From assembly GCA_963804165.1 (NCBI GenBank), contig CAWDPO010000020.1, forward strand, positions 1-64,000: a stretch of 64,000 nucleotides of DNA, in the 5' to 3' direction. Within the stretch, counting starts at the first letter, position 1, and each line of letters starts with the position of its first letter. The position numbers and the translations under genes were made by a program. Below, piece after piece: positions 1 through 9,526 of this stretch. A model generated the notes under the pieces. That model was not told the DNA's origin, searched no databases, and saw only the letters and a list, made by a program, of their open reading frames with translations. Source of the stretch: an uncultured delta proteobacterium (lineage in GTDB: Bacteria > Desulfobacterota > Binatia > UBA9968).

Positions 1-446
1 ATTAGAATCCCTTCTCGTGGGAAACACATAGTGGTCTTCGCTTTCGGGAGTGCCGAAGAAACTAAATTTATCGAGCTCGTAATCCACCCCGGGTTCATCG
101 AGGACTGCCGCCGAGATGAAACCGCCTGGTGGAAAACCGATGGTCAGGCCGTCCGCGCGGGCAGTTCGATAGATATGGTTTGCCGCCTTTCGGCCGCCGC
201 CGCCGGGCATGTATTCGGGCACGATATTCGGCTGTCCGGGAATATGTTTTTTTAAATAGGGTAATGTGGCCTTCAGCCGCAGGTCTCCCAACCCTCCCGG
301 TTCCTGGCCGCTGATCACGGTGAGGGTCTTGCCTTGATAGAACATTGCCTGGGGCAAGACCGGGAGGCTTGGCACAAGAACAAACATGCCGTCGCCCATG
401 TGACGGCGCCGGCACGGACAGCAAGCGTGCGGCTCTTAGCTTTCAT
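1..446 (-). CDS. Bug/TctC-family tripartite tricarboxylate transporter substrate-binding protein; 5' part only, one frameshift near 350-390, runs off the window
   Basis: Manual translation: ATG at 446 after an AAGGAG SD, signal-like MKAKSRTLAVRAGAVTWATACLFL, then in a shifted frame QAMFYQGKTLTVISGQEPGGLGDLRLKATLPYLKKHIPGQPNIVPEYMPGGGGRKAANHIYRTARADGLTIG, a typical TctC N-terminus. Confidence 0.8.
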
Positions 447-713
447 CAGTGCTCCTTCGCCACCAGTCTATAATGAAACTCGGTTGGCGTCACAGGCCGA
501 CAAACGCTAAAAATTCCGTTGAAATTTATTGAACAACGGCCAAGGTCGCCAACCCGCTGCATTAAGCAAAGCTAGAGACATAGGCTCGAGCCATCGGTGA
601 TTTGACGGATGATCGTGAGATCGTTCTTCCGAGTCTCCTCGTCTACTGTCTCATTGGCCCTGAAAGTGCCTATCAGATCGTCATACATGCGTGTTGCCAG
701 ATTGCGGTCGGCG

Positions 714-1400
714 CTAGTTTGTTTTAACGAGCGCAAAGGCTTCATACGCTTCCGACAGGAACGTTTGGACTTTTTCGCGGCTCTTGCGGCCGGTGGAGTC
801 TTCGACGCCGGTGTGGGAGTCGACTCCGGCCGGCCGTACTTCGAGAATTGCTCCCTTGACGTTCTCCGGCGTCAGTCCACCGGCAAGAATAACCGGTCGG
901 TCGGCAAGTTCCACTAGTCGCCTGCTCACGCGCCAGTCGTGAGTCTTGCCGGTGGCGCCCGAGGCGCCGGTTGTTGGATCGAAGGTGTCGGTGATGAACG
1001 CATCGACGAACGGCGACAGCTCGCTCAGCGTTACTTCGAGAGCTTTGTCATCGCGCATTCCGACGACCAGGCTTTTGATGACCGTTAAGTTCGGATCGAG
1101 AGTTTTTAGACGCTTGAGCTCATCGCGGTCGATGTCACCATGGAGCTGCACGATCCGGGCGCCGAGCGTATGACAGACGGCGGCAATCTCGCTCGCCTCA
1201 GAGAGATACGTGATCAGCACTCCGAATATCGGCGGCGCCAGGCTCTTGACGATCGCTGCCGCGTCTTCCTCGGTGAGATCCTCGCGGTGAACCGGAAGCC
1301 GCAGCGGAAATCCCAGATAACGAACGCCGCATTGCTGAAGCATTTGCGCCTCAGCGGCGTCGATCACCCCGGCAATCTGAATTAAGTTCTCTTCGAGCAT
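714..1400 (-). CDS. trpF: Phosphoribosylanthranilate isomerase (TrpF)-like protein, divergent
   Basis: VQLHG, GATGKTHDW, VILAGGLTPENV and RPAGVDSHTGVE motifs; N-terminal IQIAG in place of VKICG; start placed at ATG 1400. Confidence 0.75.
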   Translation of the reverse strand: MLEENLIQIAGVIDAAEAQMLQQCGVRYLGFPLRLPVHREDLTEEDAAAIVKSLAPPIFGVLITYLSEASEIAAVCHTLGARIVQLHGDIDRDELKRLKTLDPNLTVIKSLVVGMRDDKALEVTLSELSPFVDAFITDTFDPTTGASGATGKTHDWRVSRRLVELADRPVILAGGLTPENVKGAILEVRPAGVDSHTGVEDSTGRKSREKVQTFLSEAYEAFALVKTN

Positions 1401-1444
1401 GAATCCATAGGCACGAGGCAACAGGCATTAGGCAAGATCAAGAT

Positions 1445-1523
1445 CGTTTAAAACGTTCAAGCGTACAACGGCTTTGCGAAGCCTGTCGTGAGCGTAGTCG
1501 AAGACCTCAAGCCGTTCAACGTT
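1445..1523. repeat. Intergenic short-period CGTTCAA-like repeats around a REP-like core CCTGTCGTGAGCGTAGTCGAAG
   Basis: cgtttaa / cgttcaa / cgtacaa / cgttcaa units, with the core at 1482-1503. Confidence 0.5.
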
Positions 1524-1637
1524 ATCTAGGGTCAAATTCGCGCCGTGGTGCACGGTCCCTTCCGCAGCACTTGACAGCATGGGGCGCGCAGCCCTAACAG
1601 TGTGGTTGTAGATCAATAAGAAAGAAGGAGCGAACCG

Positions 1638-2681
1638 ATGGCGGTGATCGATGCTGACGCGCATGTCGTAGAGTGGGAGCGAACCTGGGAATACATGGAT
1701 GAAAGTGAGAGGGCCTTGAGGCCCCGCGTCATGGTGTTTAAAGACGCGGCTCAGAAGCCTTCCGGTCAGAGGGCAGGCGAATACTGGATGATCGGCGGCC
1801 GGGTGTTCGCCAAGGACAGCAACATCGGTTTTGACATTCCCAAAGAGAAGCGCGAGGCGGCGGATATAGAAGCCCGGCTCGCCCACATGGATGACCTCGG
1901 CGTGGACGTTCAGGTCCTTTATCCGAGCCTGTTTCTCAGAATGATGACAGCCTTGCCGCACGTCGATGCGGCGCTATGCAAGAGTTACAACCGCTGGCTC
2001 GCGGCTATTTGGCAGGCCGGCAAAGGTCGGCTGCGCTGGGTGGTGATTCCGCCGCTGCACTACATGGACAAAGCTATCGAAGAATTAAACTTCGGCAAAC
2101 AGAACGGCGCCTGCGGTGTTTTTATACGCGGAGTGGAAGGGGACAAGCTTCCCACCGACCCATACTTTTTTCCTCTGTACGAAGAGGCCAGCCGGTTGGG
2201 GATGCCGATTTGTGTGCACGCCTCACAGGGAAACTTGGAGATGTTCGACGTCTTTGGCCGGGGCGCCAGTCTCGCCCAGTTCAAGTTCGGCCCGATTAAT
2301 TTGTTCGCCAGTCTTATCGGCGCCCGGCTGCCGCAAAAATTTCCAGACTTACGCTGGGCTTTTGTCGAGGTCAGCGCCGAATGGCTTCCCTACGTGATGA
2401 ACCACATGGAGATTGGCACCCGCAGGCAAGGGAATGCTTGGCGCGACCAGGATCTCCTCAAGGACAACCATATCTATGTCGCCTGCCAAACGAGTGATGA
2501 CCTGCCTTATATTCTGGAACACGTGGGTGATGACCATTTAGTCATAGGAACGGACTACGGCCATAACGATACTGCCTCAGAGATCAACGCGCTGAGAAAA
2601 CTCAAAGCAGACGGGAAGATCGCCGCCGCGTCGATCGACAAGATCCTCGGTACCAACTCGCAGGCCCTGTATGGACTGTAA
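1638..2681 (+). CDS. Amidohydrolase_2 family metal-dependent hydrolase/decarboxylase
   Basis: IDADAH metal motif, ICVH, GTDYGH; AAGGAG SD. Confidence 0.9.
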   Translation: MAVIDADAHVVEWERTWEYMDESERALRPRVMVFKDAAQKPSGQRAGEYWMIGGRVFAKDSNIGFDIPKEKREAADIEARLAHMDDLGVDVQVLYPSLFLRMMTALPHVDAALCKSYNRWLAAIWQAGKGRLRWVVIPPLHYMDKAIEELNFGKQNGACGVFIRGVEGDKLPTDPYFFPLYEEASRLGMPICVHASQGNLEMFDVFGRGASLAQFKFGPINLFASLIGARLPQKFPDLRWAFVEVSAEWLPYVMNHMEIGTRRQGNAWRDQDLLKDNHIYVACQTSDDLPYILEHVGDDHLVIGTDYGHNDTASEINALRKLKADGKIAAASIDKILGTNSQALYGL

Positions 2682-3021
2682 GTGCTCAACCTCGGGACGC
2701 TAGGGTCAGGTCCTTACCAAAAGCATTTAAGTGTCCGCGTTGCTCTGAGCGCATCAAATACCGAACATCTAAATGCCCGCATGCGGCACTTCTATTGCGC
2801 TCCGACCAAAGATAACGTTTCGATGATTAGTTCCTCGGGCGGTAGGTTTTTGGCCAAAGACAATTCTTCCTTTCTCAAGACAAACCGCGCCAACAGCTTA
2901 TTACTCCTGTTTTCTTTCCCGTTTCGCTGGGGTTGACTTGCACCGCTGAGCAAACGCTGGATGTGACGTTCAAAACGTGACAGATGAGGCCATCAGTTTG
3001 GTGAAAAACTGGAAATTATTT

Positions 3022-3063
3022 GCACTAAACTAAGAAACTTATAGACAAAATTTCTTAGTGTGC
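3022..3063. promoter_or_regulatory. Inverted repeat (operator-like) overlapping the putative promoter of 3134
   Basis: ACTAAGAAA (3029-3037), N13, TTTCTTAGT (3051-3059), flanked by GCAC/GTGC; TAGACA and TGcTAT promoter-like elements lie inside. Confidence 0.45.
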
Positions 3064-3133
3064 TATCGAAAAGACCTTCACCGCTCCGACCGCGCCAAGC
3101 GCGCGATTTGGACGGTCAAACAGGAGATCCGAA

Positions 3134-3577
3134 ATGAGTCACGCCACGTCACTGAGAACAATCGGACAGTCGCTTGAGAAAGCTCGAGTGACGGTCTTTG
3201 AAATCGAGAATAATCGCGGCAATTATCTCGTCCTCAGCAATTCGTTGACCCATCGGTTGATGCGTTTCAGTTCTGCCGACATTTTGCGGCATGAAGGGCA
3301 GGCAAAAAAGCAGAGACGTCGTCATTATTTTTTTCGCGGATCAGCCAAGAATAAACTTTCCCATGCGCTACGTAGTTTAGGCGATCACCTTGATAGAGCC
3401 GAAGCACTTGCATTTCACATTTCCTGGACGCCTCATTTGGTTCTTGTAAATTCCGCGAGACCTGGTGGACCGAGCGATAGTCGAAGCTTTACGATTAAAG
3501 AGCTGCAACAGCTCGGTTCGCCATCTCGTCGACGAACGACTCGTTTCCAACGGTCGATCGACCTTTCCCAAAGATAA
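3134..3577 (+). CDS. Uncharacterised duplicated-domain protein, paralog 1 (shortest form)
   Basis: AGGAG SD; SLRTIGQSLE...LSHALRSLGDHLD aligns with the ORFs at 6307, 53796, 54449 and 55038. Confidence 0.8.
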   Translation: MSHATSLRTIGQSLEKARVTVFEIENNRGNYLVLSNSLTHRLMRFSSADILRHEGQAKKQRRRHYFFRGSAKNKLSHALRSLGDHLDRAEALAFHISWTPHLVLVNSARPGGPSDSRSFTIKELQQLGSPSRRRTTRFQRSIDLSQR

Positions 3578-3848
3578 GTTGGTAGGGATTCCCTTCATCG
3601 TCCCATCGCGTGTCGGATGTGGCCCTCGACCGTGTCCAAAGCCTCGTTTACCACGGTCGTTGACTCGGCGCTCTTTGCAATCGAGCGTGGCTTCTTCGAG
3701 GATCTTCAAGACTTGAAGGACTCGCATGGTTCGCCCGAATGGTTCTCATGAAAAGGGCTATGACAAAGCGGCTGGACCGCTTCGACGAAGTCTTCGCCGC
3801 CAATGATCCCGACGCAGCCAACCCAGACGTGCAGATCAAAAGCTGCCG

Positions 3849-4082
3849 TCACACCTTGGGCACATACACCCGTCGTCGCTTTCGGGCTTCATTGTGTCGC
3901 GCTCTCTCATCCAAGTCTTTTTTATAGGCTTCTATTTCCCGTTGAGCCGCGTTTTCCGTGAGAGAGTTCTGCAGGGAATCCACTGTCTTCATGTGTTCTT
4001 CTAACTCTCGCTTCTTTTCATGCACGTCGATGGGTTCTTTTGAAGTGTTCGCTTGGAGGTCTGCCTTAGATGGTGCCGGCAT
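3849..4082 (-). CDS. Small hypothetical coiled-coil protein (77 aa)
   Basis: GAGGAG SD, charged helical composition; a sigma54-like TGGACTGTTTGTTGC lies just upstream. Confidence 0.5.
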   Translation of the reverse strand: MPAPSKADLQANTSKEPIDVHEKKRELEEHMKTVDSLQNSLTENAAQREIEAYKKDLDERARHNEARKRRRVYVPKV

Positions 4083-5123
4083 ATGGTTCTCTCCTCGTCG
4101 ACTTCCCTAGAGCAACAAACAGTCCATACGGTAAGATCTTGAAATTTATGTAATTTGGCGCGACAACTGACGGTCACGATGTCATTGCCGTGACAGTACT
4201 GACATTTGGCGAGACAATAGGGAGCCCGATTCAGCAGTCAAATGCTACAAGCATACCCAGCATCGACCATCGTTGCATTCCGTATTGCACCCTGAAGACG
4301 GCGAGCACAGGGACCTGGTCTTCGGCAGCGAAGAAGAACGCGGCTTCACAATCCGCCATACATTCTCTGGCGTTGTCATCAGATTCATGTGATACGGGCG
4401 CAGAAGAACCCGATGTACCGATGCAGCTTGATACCAGCGGCAGGAGCCATTTTCTAAGGCCTGGCTTGTGACGTGCCTATCAGAGGCAGAGTAAGGGTGA
4501 GTCAATGTGGACGACGAACCTGATATGCGGCAAAAATTCATTGAACTTTGGAAATGATGAACCTCAAAGATGAGCCGCAGCATACTCCCATTCTCGCGCA
4601 GGGCATCACACGAAATGGTCCCATCTTAATCCAGGTGGAAGTCTCGAATGGCGAATGGACAAATTTAAAACCCACTTAGGCGTTGAGCTGATACCAAGCA
4701 CCTTCATCGCAAGAGAAGAGGCGTTGCTGGGGTCTGCCGCTATCGTGGCTTACGATATGGATACACGGACTCACCTATCACCTAGGCTGGCTAGTTTTTC
4801 GTGGCACCTGCTCATCGAAAAGAGGATTATCAGACGGTACAAGCTGTTGCAGAAGATCCAGAAGAAATCAGCGCGATTTGCTGGCTCTGAAAACTAGCCT
4901 CGCTGTCCCATTCGTGTCAATCGTGACAAGGAGTGTCAAAAGATCGAGCAGTTTTCGATCGCTTTTGCCAATTGGGTGACGCTTATAACGGCGTGCGTTG
5001 CCCGCCAAATCCCGGAAATTCCACACATTCCTTGCGTTTCTTCCTAGCCAGCAATAAACGCTGATGACCCGGCACACCCATTGCTCTAAAGAGGCGTAAC
5101 TTTTCGCTCTCCCTGGAGAATGA

Positions 5124-5618
5124 ATGCTCAGGAACATAGAAGCAGAGACTAAGCCTATCCCTCTTACCGTGATCGTTGCCGACAAACATCCCATTGCTCG
5201 GGCCGCACTCGCTAGTTTGTTGACGTATGACGGATATCGAGTGTTCCAAGCAGATAGCTTGAAAGCGGCTGTTTCCTATATCAATTACAATGAGAATCTC
5301 TCCGTACTCATTGCCGACCTCGAAATGCCGGACTGGAGATCGATTGTGCGACACGCGGTAAGGACAACCCATGCCCTGGTGATCGGCATGGAGGGGAATC
5401 ATCCAATTTCCGAAATGTATGACCTTCACGATCGCGGTCTTCGGCTCTGTTTGCAGAAACCGATCAACTACAACGACGTGAGCAGAGCGATTGAAGAAAA
5501 TGTGTTACATCGTCGTGTGCCAAAACTTCGGTTAGTCCTTGAGTCATCGAGCATCCCTTTGTCGATTCTGAGTGATGGCCGCGTTTTGCTAAATCAACGC
5601 CAGAAAGCCGAGTCGTAG
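5124..5618 (+). CDS. Stand-alone response regulator receiver-domain protein (atypical)
   Basis: VIVADKH, LIADLEMPD (phospho-acceptor Asp), LQKP; GGAG SD; conserved Thr/Ser position appears substituted. Confidence 0.75.
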   Translation: MLRNIEAETKPIPLTVIVADKHPIARAALASLLTYDGYRVFQADSLKAAVSYINYNENLSVLIADLEMPDWRSIVRHAVRTTHALVIGMEGNHPISEMYDLHDRGLRLCLQKPINYNDVSRAIEENVLHRRVPKLRLVLESSSIPLSILSDGRVLLNQRQKAES

Positions 5619-5637
5619 GCAGCAGACATCGCTTCTG

Positions 5638-5840
5638 TCAATTCACCAGGATTCTCCTTAATAAGTCCGCCGATCGATAACCAGCAAGCATCATCCGACG
5701 ATCCGCCATCTGTCTAGCCGTCACCGCGTAACCGTGTGGCAGCACCGCAGAGTCCTCAACGTCATGGCAATCTTTTCGGTGTCCCTTCGGCGTTCCACGC
5801 AGTCCGCCTTTCTGATACGCAATCTTGGTCGCAATCTCAA
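5638..5840 (-). pseudogene. C-terminal remnant of an S1/P1 nuclease-like gene
   Basis: EIATKIAY...VLPHGYAVTARQMADRRMMLAGYRSADLL resembles the S1/P1 nuclease terminal helix (RRxxLAGYRLAxLL); no N-terminal part present. Confidence 0.55.
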
Positions 5841-5951
5841 CGTAATTAGCCAGCTTGTCACGCAATAGAGAAAGACAACCCTATTACAGAGAAAATAGAT
5901 AAACCGATTTTGATATTGAAGGTTTTTATGCCAAGGCTATGACTGCGCTAC

Positions 5952-6024
5952 GATTTGATTGTAGCGTCGTTCAGTTCAATCTTAGGCTGAATCTAGTCGA
6001 ATGCTTTCCATCGTAAATCTGACT
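5952..6024 (+). repeat. Imperfect direct repeat, copy 1 (partner at 6928-7022)
   Basis: GATTTGATTGTAGCGTCGTTCAGTTCAATCT ... GCTTTCCATCGTAAATCTGACT. Confidence 0.8.
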
Positions 6025-6306
6025 TTCTCTACCTGTGCTCTACGATCCGGGTGATCCGGCAAAGATAGCGGAGTTCAACGAGGCACAGGTCGCAGCTTGG
6101 TAATCATGGCTTTCTAGCTGGTCAAGAACTGAAGGCCTAGAAGTGGCAACATGTTGAACGTTGCCGGTCTCCGTGAAACCTTCCGACATACCGTATCCGC
6201 AAGCTCGACACATTTGACAGTTTAATATAGGCGGGGTTATACCTGCGCCATTCACCGCAACAGAGACTCGCCGCGACTTTACGTGAGATTAGCCAAGGAG
6301 ATCCAA

Positions 6307-6825
6307 ATGCCTTACGCCGACTCTTTGAGAGCAATCGGTCAGTCCCTGGAAATGGTGCATGTTGAGAGCTTTAGGCTGGAAAAAGAAGGCGATTCTTATG
6401 TAGTGCGGAGCGAGTCTCTAACACCGGCCCGGCTATGGATCTTGAGCAATAGTCTCGCCGAGGACATTAGGGACTCTCCACCCCCTGACCCGAAAACCAC
6501 CCAGCTCACTGTGGGTGAGGGATGGTTCTGTTACCGTCCTCCTGATATTGCAAGGCTTGACGCCCAGGAACGGAGAAAAAGACAAAATCACGGTTTCACA
6601 CAAATGCCTCAGAAGACGCTAGCTCAGCTTTTACGTACGCTAGGTGAGTACCTGGATACAAAGGAGGCGACCACTTTTCACATCTCGTGTGCTCCTGATT
6701 CGATGTCGGTTGACTATCAAATGCCGGCCGGCATCTCTGAGCGCAAAGATTTTACCGTCGAGCGACTCCACAAACTCGCTTTGTACTCGAGATTCCGGCG
6801 GGTGCAGCCAACCGATTCTCACTGA
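6307..6825 (+). CDS. Uncharacterised duplicated-domain protein, paralog 2
   Basis: AAGGAG SD then ATG 6307; YADSLRAIGQSLE...LAQLLRTLGEYLD. Confidence 0.85.
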   Translation: MPYADSLRAIGQSLEMVHVESFRLEKEGDSYVVRSESLTPARLWILSNSLAEDIRDSPPPDPKTTQLTVGEGWFCYRPPDIARLDAQERRKRQNHGFTQMPQKTLAQLLRTLGEYLDTKEATTFHISCAPDSMSVDYQMPAGISERKDFTVERLHKLALYSRFRRVQPTDSH

Positions 6826-6927
6826 AGAAATTTGTGTCCGCGAAGAAACTCAACCTTAGCGGTCGCGTGTAAGCGTGCGGCCTAACGCTGAAATCGAACT
6901 GAATTCTCCTACAACCAAATCCTGTGA

Positions 6928-7022
6928 GATTTGATCGTTGCGTCGTTCAGTTCAATCTCAGTCTAAAAATCTGGGTTTTCCCACTCGACGAATATCTGTC
7001 GCTTTCCGTCGTAAATCTCACT
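6928..7022 (+). repeat. Imperfect direct repeat, copy 2 (partner at 5952-6024)
   Basis: GATTTGATCGTTGCGTCGTTCAGTTCAATCT ... GCTTTCCGTCGTAAATCTCACT. Confidence 0.8.
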
Positions 7023-7066
7023 ATCCCTTCCACCGTCCGCGTGATACACAACGAATGATGTATGCA

Positions 7067-7213
7067 ATGAGGAAAGCTGGAGTCTTTTCAATTTTGTTTG
7101 TGGTGATGCTGTTTGCGGTTGCAATCATAGCCGAGGCGCAGCAGCCGGTGAGAATTCCCCGGGGTCGGGTCTTTACCTTTGCTCATCGGTTACGGTTGTG
7201 TTTAGTCGGCTGA
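7067..7213 (+). pseudogene. N-terminal remnant of an ABC transporter substrate-binding protein
   Basis: MRKAGVFSILFVVMLFAVAIIAEAQQPVRIPR is a signal peptide plus the AQQPxxxPR start typical of this family; truncated immediately afterwards. Confidence 0.6.
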
Positions 7214-7391
7214 TCGTGGAATAGCGCAGTTTCAGATACTTCCATTGACTATATTCTGACTATATTCGTGCTCGTTTATCGGCTTCGCAAGCAATTGGTC
7301 CCGTATTCCTCCCTCACCTGGTCAGTTAACTCTTTCAGCCGTAGTCGAAAAATGAAACAGAAACGCCATACATCTAAATCTGATTTGTCTG

Positions 7392-8914
7392 CTACATTCT
7401 CCGATCCAGACTTCTGTACTGAATCGCTTCGGCGATATGCGAGGCTTCGATGTTTTCTGCGCCGGCGAGATCGGCGATGGTGCGGCCGACTTTTAGAACG
7501 CGACCGTACGCTCTCGCGCTCAAGCCCAGTTTATTAATGGCTGTCTCAAGTAACCTCTCTGCGTCGTCTTTCACGCGCAATGGCGCTTGATTTCCCGCGT
7601 GCCCATTTGCGCGTTGGCGTGGAGCTTTGTTTTGTCGAACCGCAGCAGCTGAATCGAGCGAGCCGCATTGACGCGCTGGCGAATGACGTCGGAGTTTTCG
7701 CCGGCGTCTTTGCTGGCGAGCTCCTGATAGCGCAGGCCCGGCACTTCGACTTGAATGTCGATGCGGTCGAGCAGGGGGCCTGAGACTTTCGAGCGATAGC
7801 GCTGGATCTGCAGCGGCGTGCAGGTGCATTCCTTCTGCGGATCGGTCAGGAAGCCGCAGACACAGGGATTCATCGCGGCGACCAGCATGAAATTCGCCGG
7901 ATAATTGATCGAGCCCATCGCTCGTGAAACCGTGATGCTGCCGTCTTCCAGCGGCTGGCGCATGACTTCGAGAACGTTGCGCCGGAATTCCGGCAGCTCG
8001 TCGAGGAAAAGCACGCCATTGTGCGCAAGTGAGACCTCTCCCGGCTTCGGCACGGTGCCGCCGCCCACAAGCCCGGCGTCGGAGATCGTGTGGTGCGGCG
8101 AGCGAAATGGCCGCGTGGCGATGATTGCCTGGCCGTTGAGCAAGCCGACGACGCTATGAATTTTTGTCGTTTCGAGAGCTTCGGACAGCGTGAGATCCGG
8201 CAAGATCGTCGGCAGTCTTTTGGCCAACATGGTTTTCCCGGATCCAGGAGGGCCGACCAGTATCACGTTATGGCCGCCGGCCGCGGCGACTTCCAGCGCG
8301 CGTTTTACGTGTTGCTGTCCCTTAACGTCGTTGAAGTCCGCGTTGTAGTGCGAATGCTGGTTAAAAAGATCGTCGAGATTGACAGCGGTGGGCTCGATGG
8401 CCTGGGCGCCGTTGAGAAACTCGACGACCTGCGGCAGGTCGCGCACGCCAAGCACTTGGACTTCTTTCACAACCGCGGCTTCGGGGGCGTTTTGTTCAGG
8501 CAGAATGATGCCTTTGACTTTTTCTTTTTTCGCCGCCATTGCCACCGACAGCGCGCCGCGCACCGGCTTGACCGAACCATCCAGGGAAAGCTCGCCGATG
8601 AGCAGGTAATCTTCCAGGCGATCTTTCGCGATCGAACCCTCGGCGGCCAGTATGCCGATGGCCATCGGCAGGTCGTAGGCCGAGCCCTCTTTTTTAATGT
8701 CCGCTGGGGCGAGATTGATGGTGATGCGTTTGGCGGGGAAGGTGTAACCGCAGTTTTTTACCGCGGCGCGAATGCGATCCTTACTTTCTTTGACGGCGCC
8801 TTCCGGCAAGCCGACCGTGGCGAGTTGCGGTAGACCGGAAGCGAGATCGATCTCCACTTCGACACGGAGAGCATCGATGCCGTAGAGCGCTGCACTGTTA
8901 ACTTTGGCGAGCAT
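7392..8914 (-). CDS. comM: YifB/ComM Mg-chelatase-like AAA+ ATPase; 1-nt frameshift near 7575
   Basis: [32 protein letters not shown]; the C-terminus [19 protein letters not shown] continues in the 7392 frame. Confidence 0.92.
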
Positions 8915-9165
8915 GGTCGAGCGTGAAGCGCCCGTACGCTACCAAAGGGAGTGGAGAATAACAATGACAAAAGACCGGAGCGGAACTAAAAGCGATCTGC
9001 GTACAGTTTCACCACTTGTTTGTCTGGCGGATTGACAAGCGGCGGTTTGATAGCTTACGCTTCGCGGCGACGGTGGATTTATCAACGCGCCGATTTTTGC
9101 CGCTTCTTAGGCTCGCGATGTTCTCACGTTGCAACCGGTATCTGCGGCAACCAAGGAAATAAGAC

Positions 9166-9480
9166 ATGGGTGATCTAGAAGTCAGCACAGAGGCTTTGGA
9201 ATCGACGCTGGTTTTACACGTCGTCGGATCCGTGGATGGCAATACGGCATCACAGCTCCAGGAGCCCTTGTTGCGCGCCGCCGAGGATCCCAAGAGCGCG
9301 GTGCAGATCGATCTGGCCAAAGTTCCTTTTATGAGCAGCGCAGGGTTGCGCGTGTTGTTGCTCGCGGCCAAGGCGCTGCAAAAACGCAGCGAGCGGCTGC
9401 AGCTCGTCAATGTCCCTCCGCATATCTACAATGTCTTGAACATTGCCGGTTTTACCTCATTCATCGACGTCAAATCCTAA
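9166..9480 (+). CDS. STAS-domain anti-sigma factor antagonist (RsbV/SpoIIAA-like)
   Basis: DLAKVPFMSSAGLRVLL with the phosphorylatable Ser. Confidence 0.92.
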   Translation: MGDLEVSTEALESTLVLHVVGSVDGNTASQLQEPLLRAAEDPKSAVQIDLAKVPFMSSAGLRVLLLAAKALQKRSERLQLVNVPPHIYNVLNIAGFTSFIDVKS

Positions 9481-9526
9481 GTCGCGATGCCATTTGACAG
9501 CGGGCGCGGCGCAGCGTGAGTGCGCG

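Noticed and set aside
3377-3727. Minus-strand ORF MRVLQVLKILEEATLDCKER
   Set aside because: The first 20 aa look protein-like and may be a gene remnant, but the rest overlaps paralog 1 antisense and cannot be supported.
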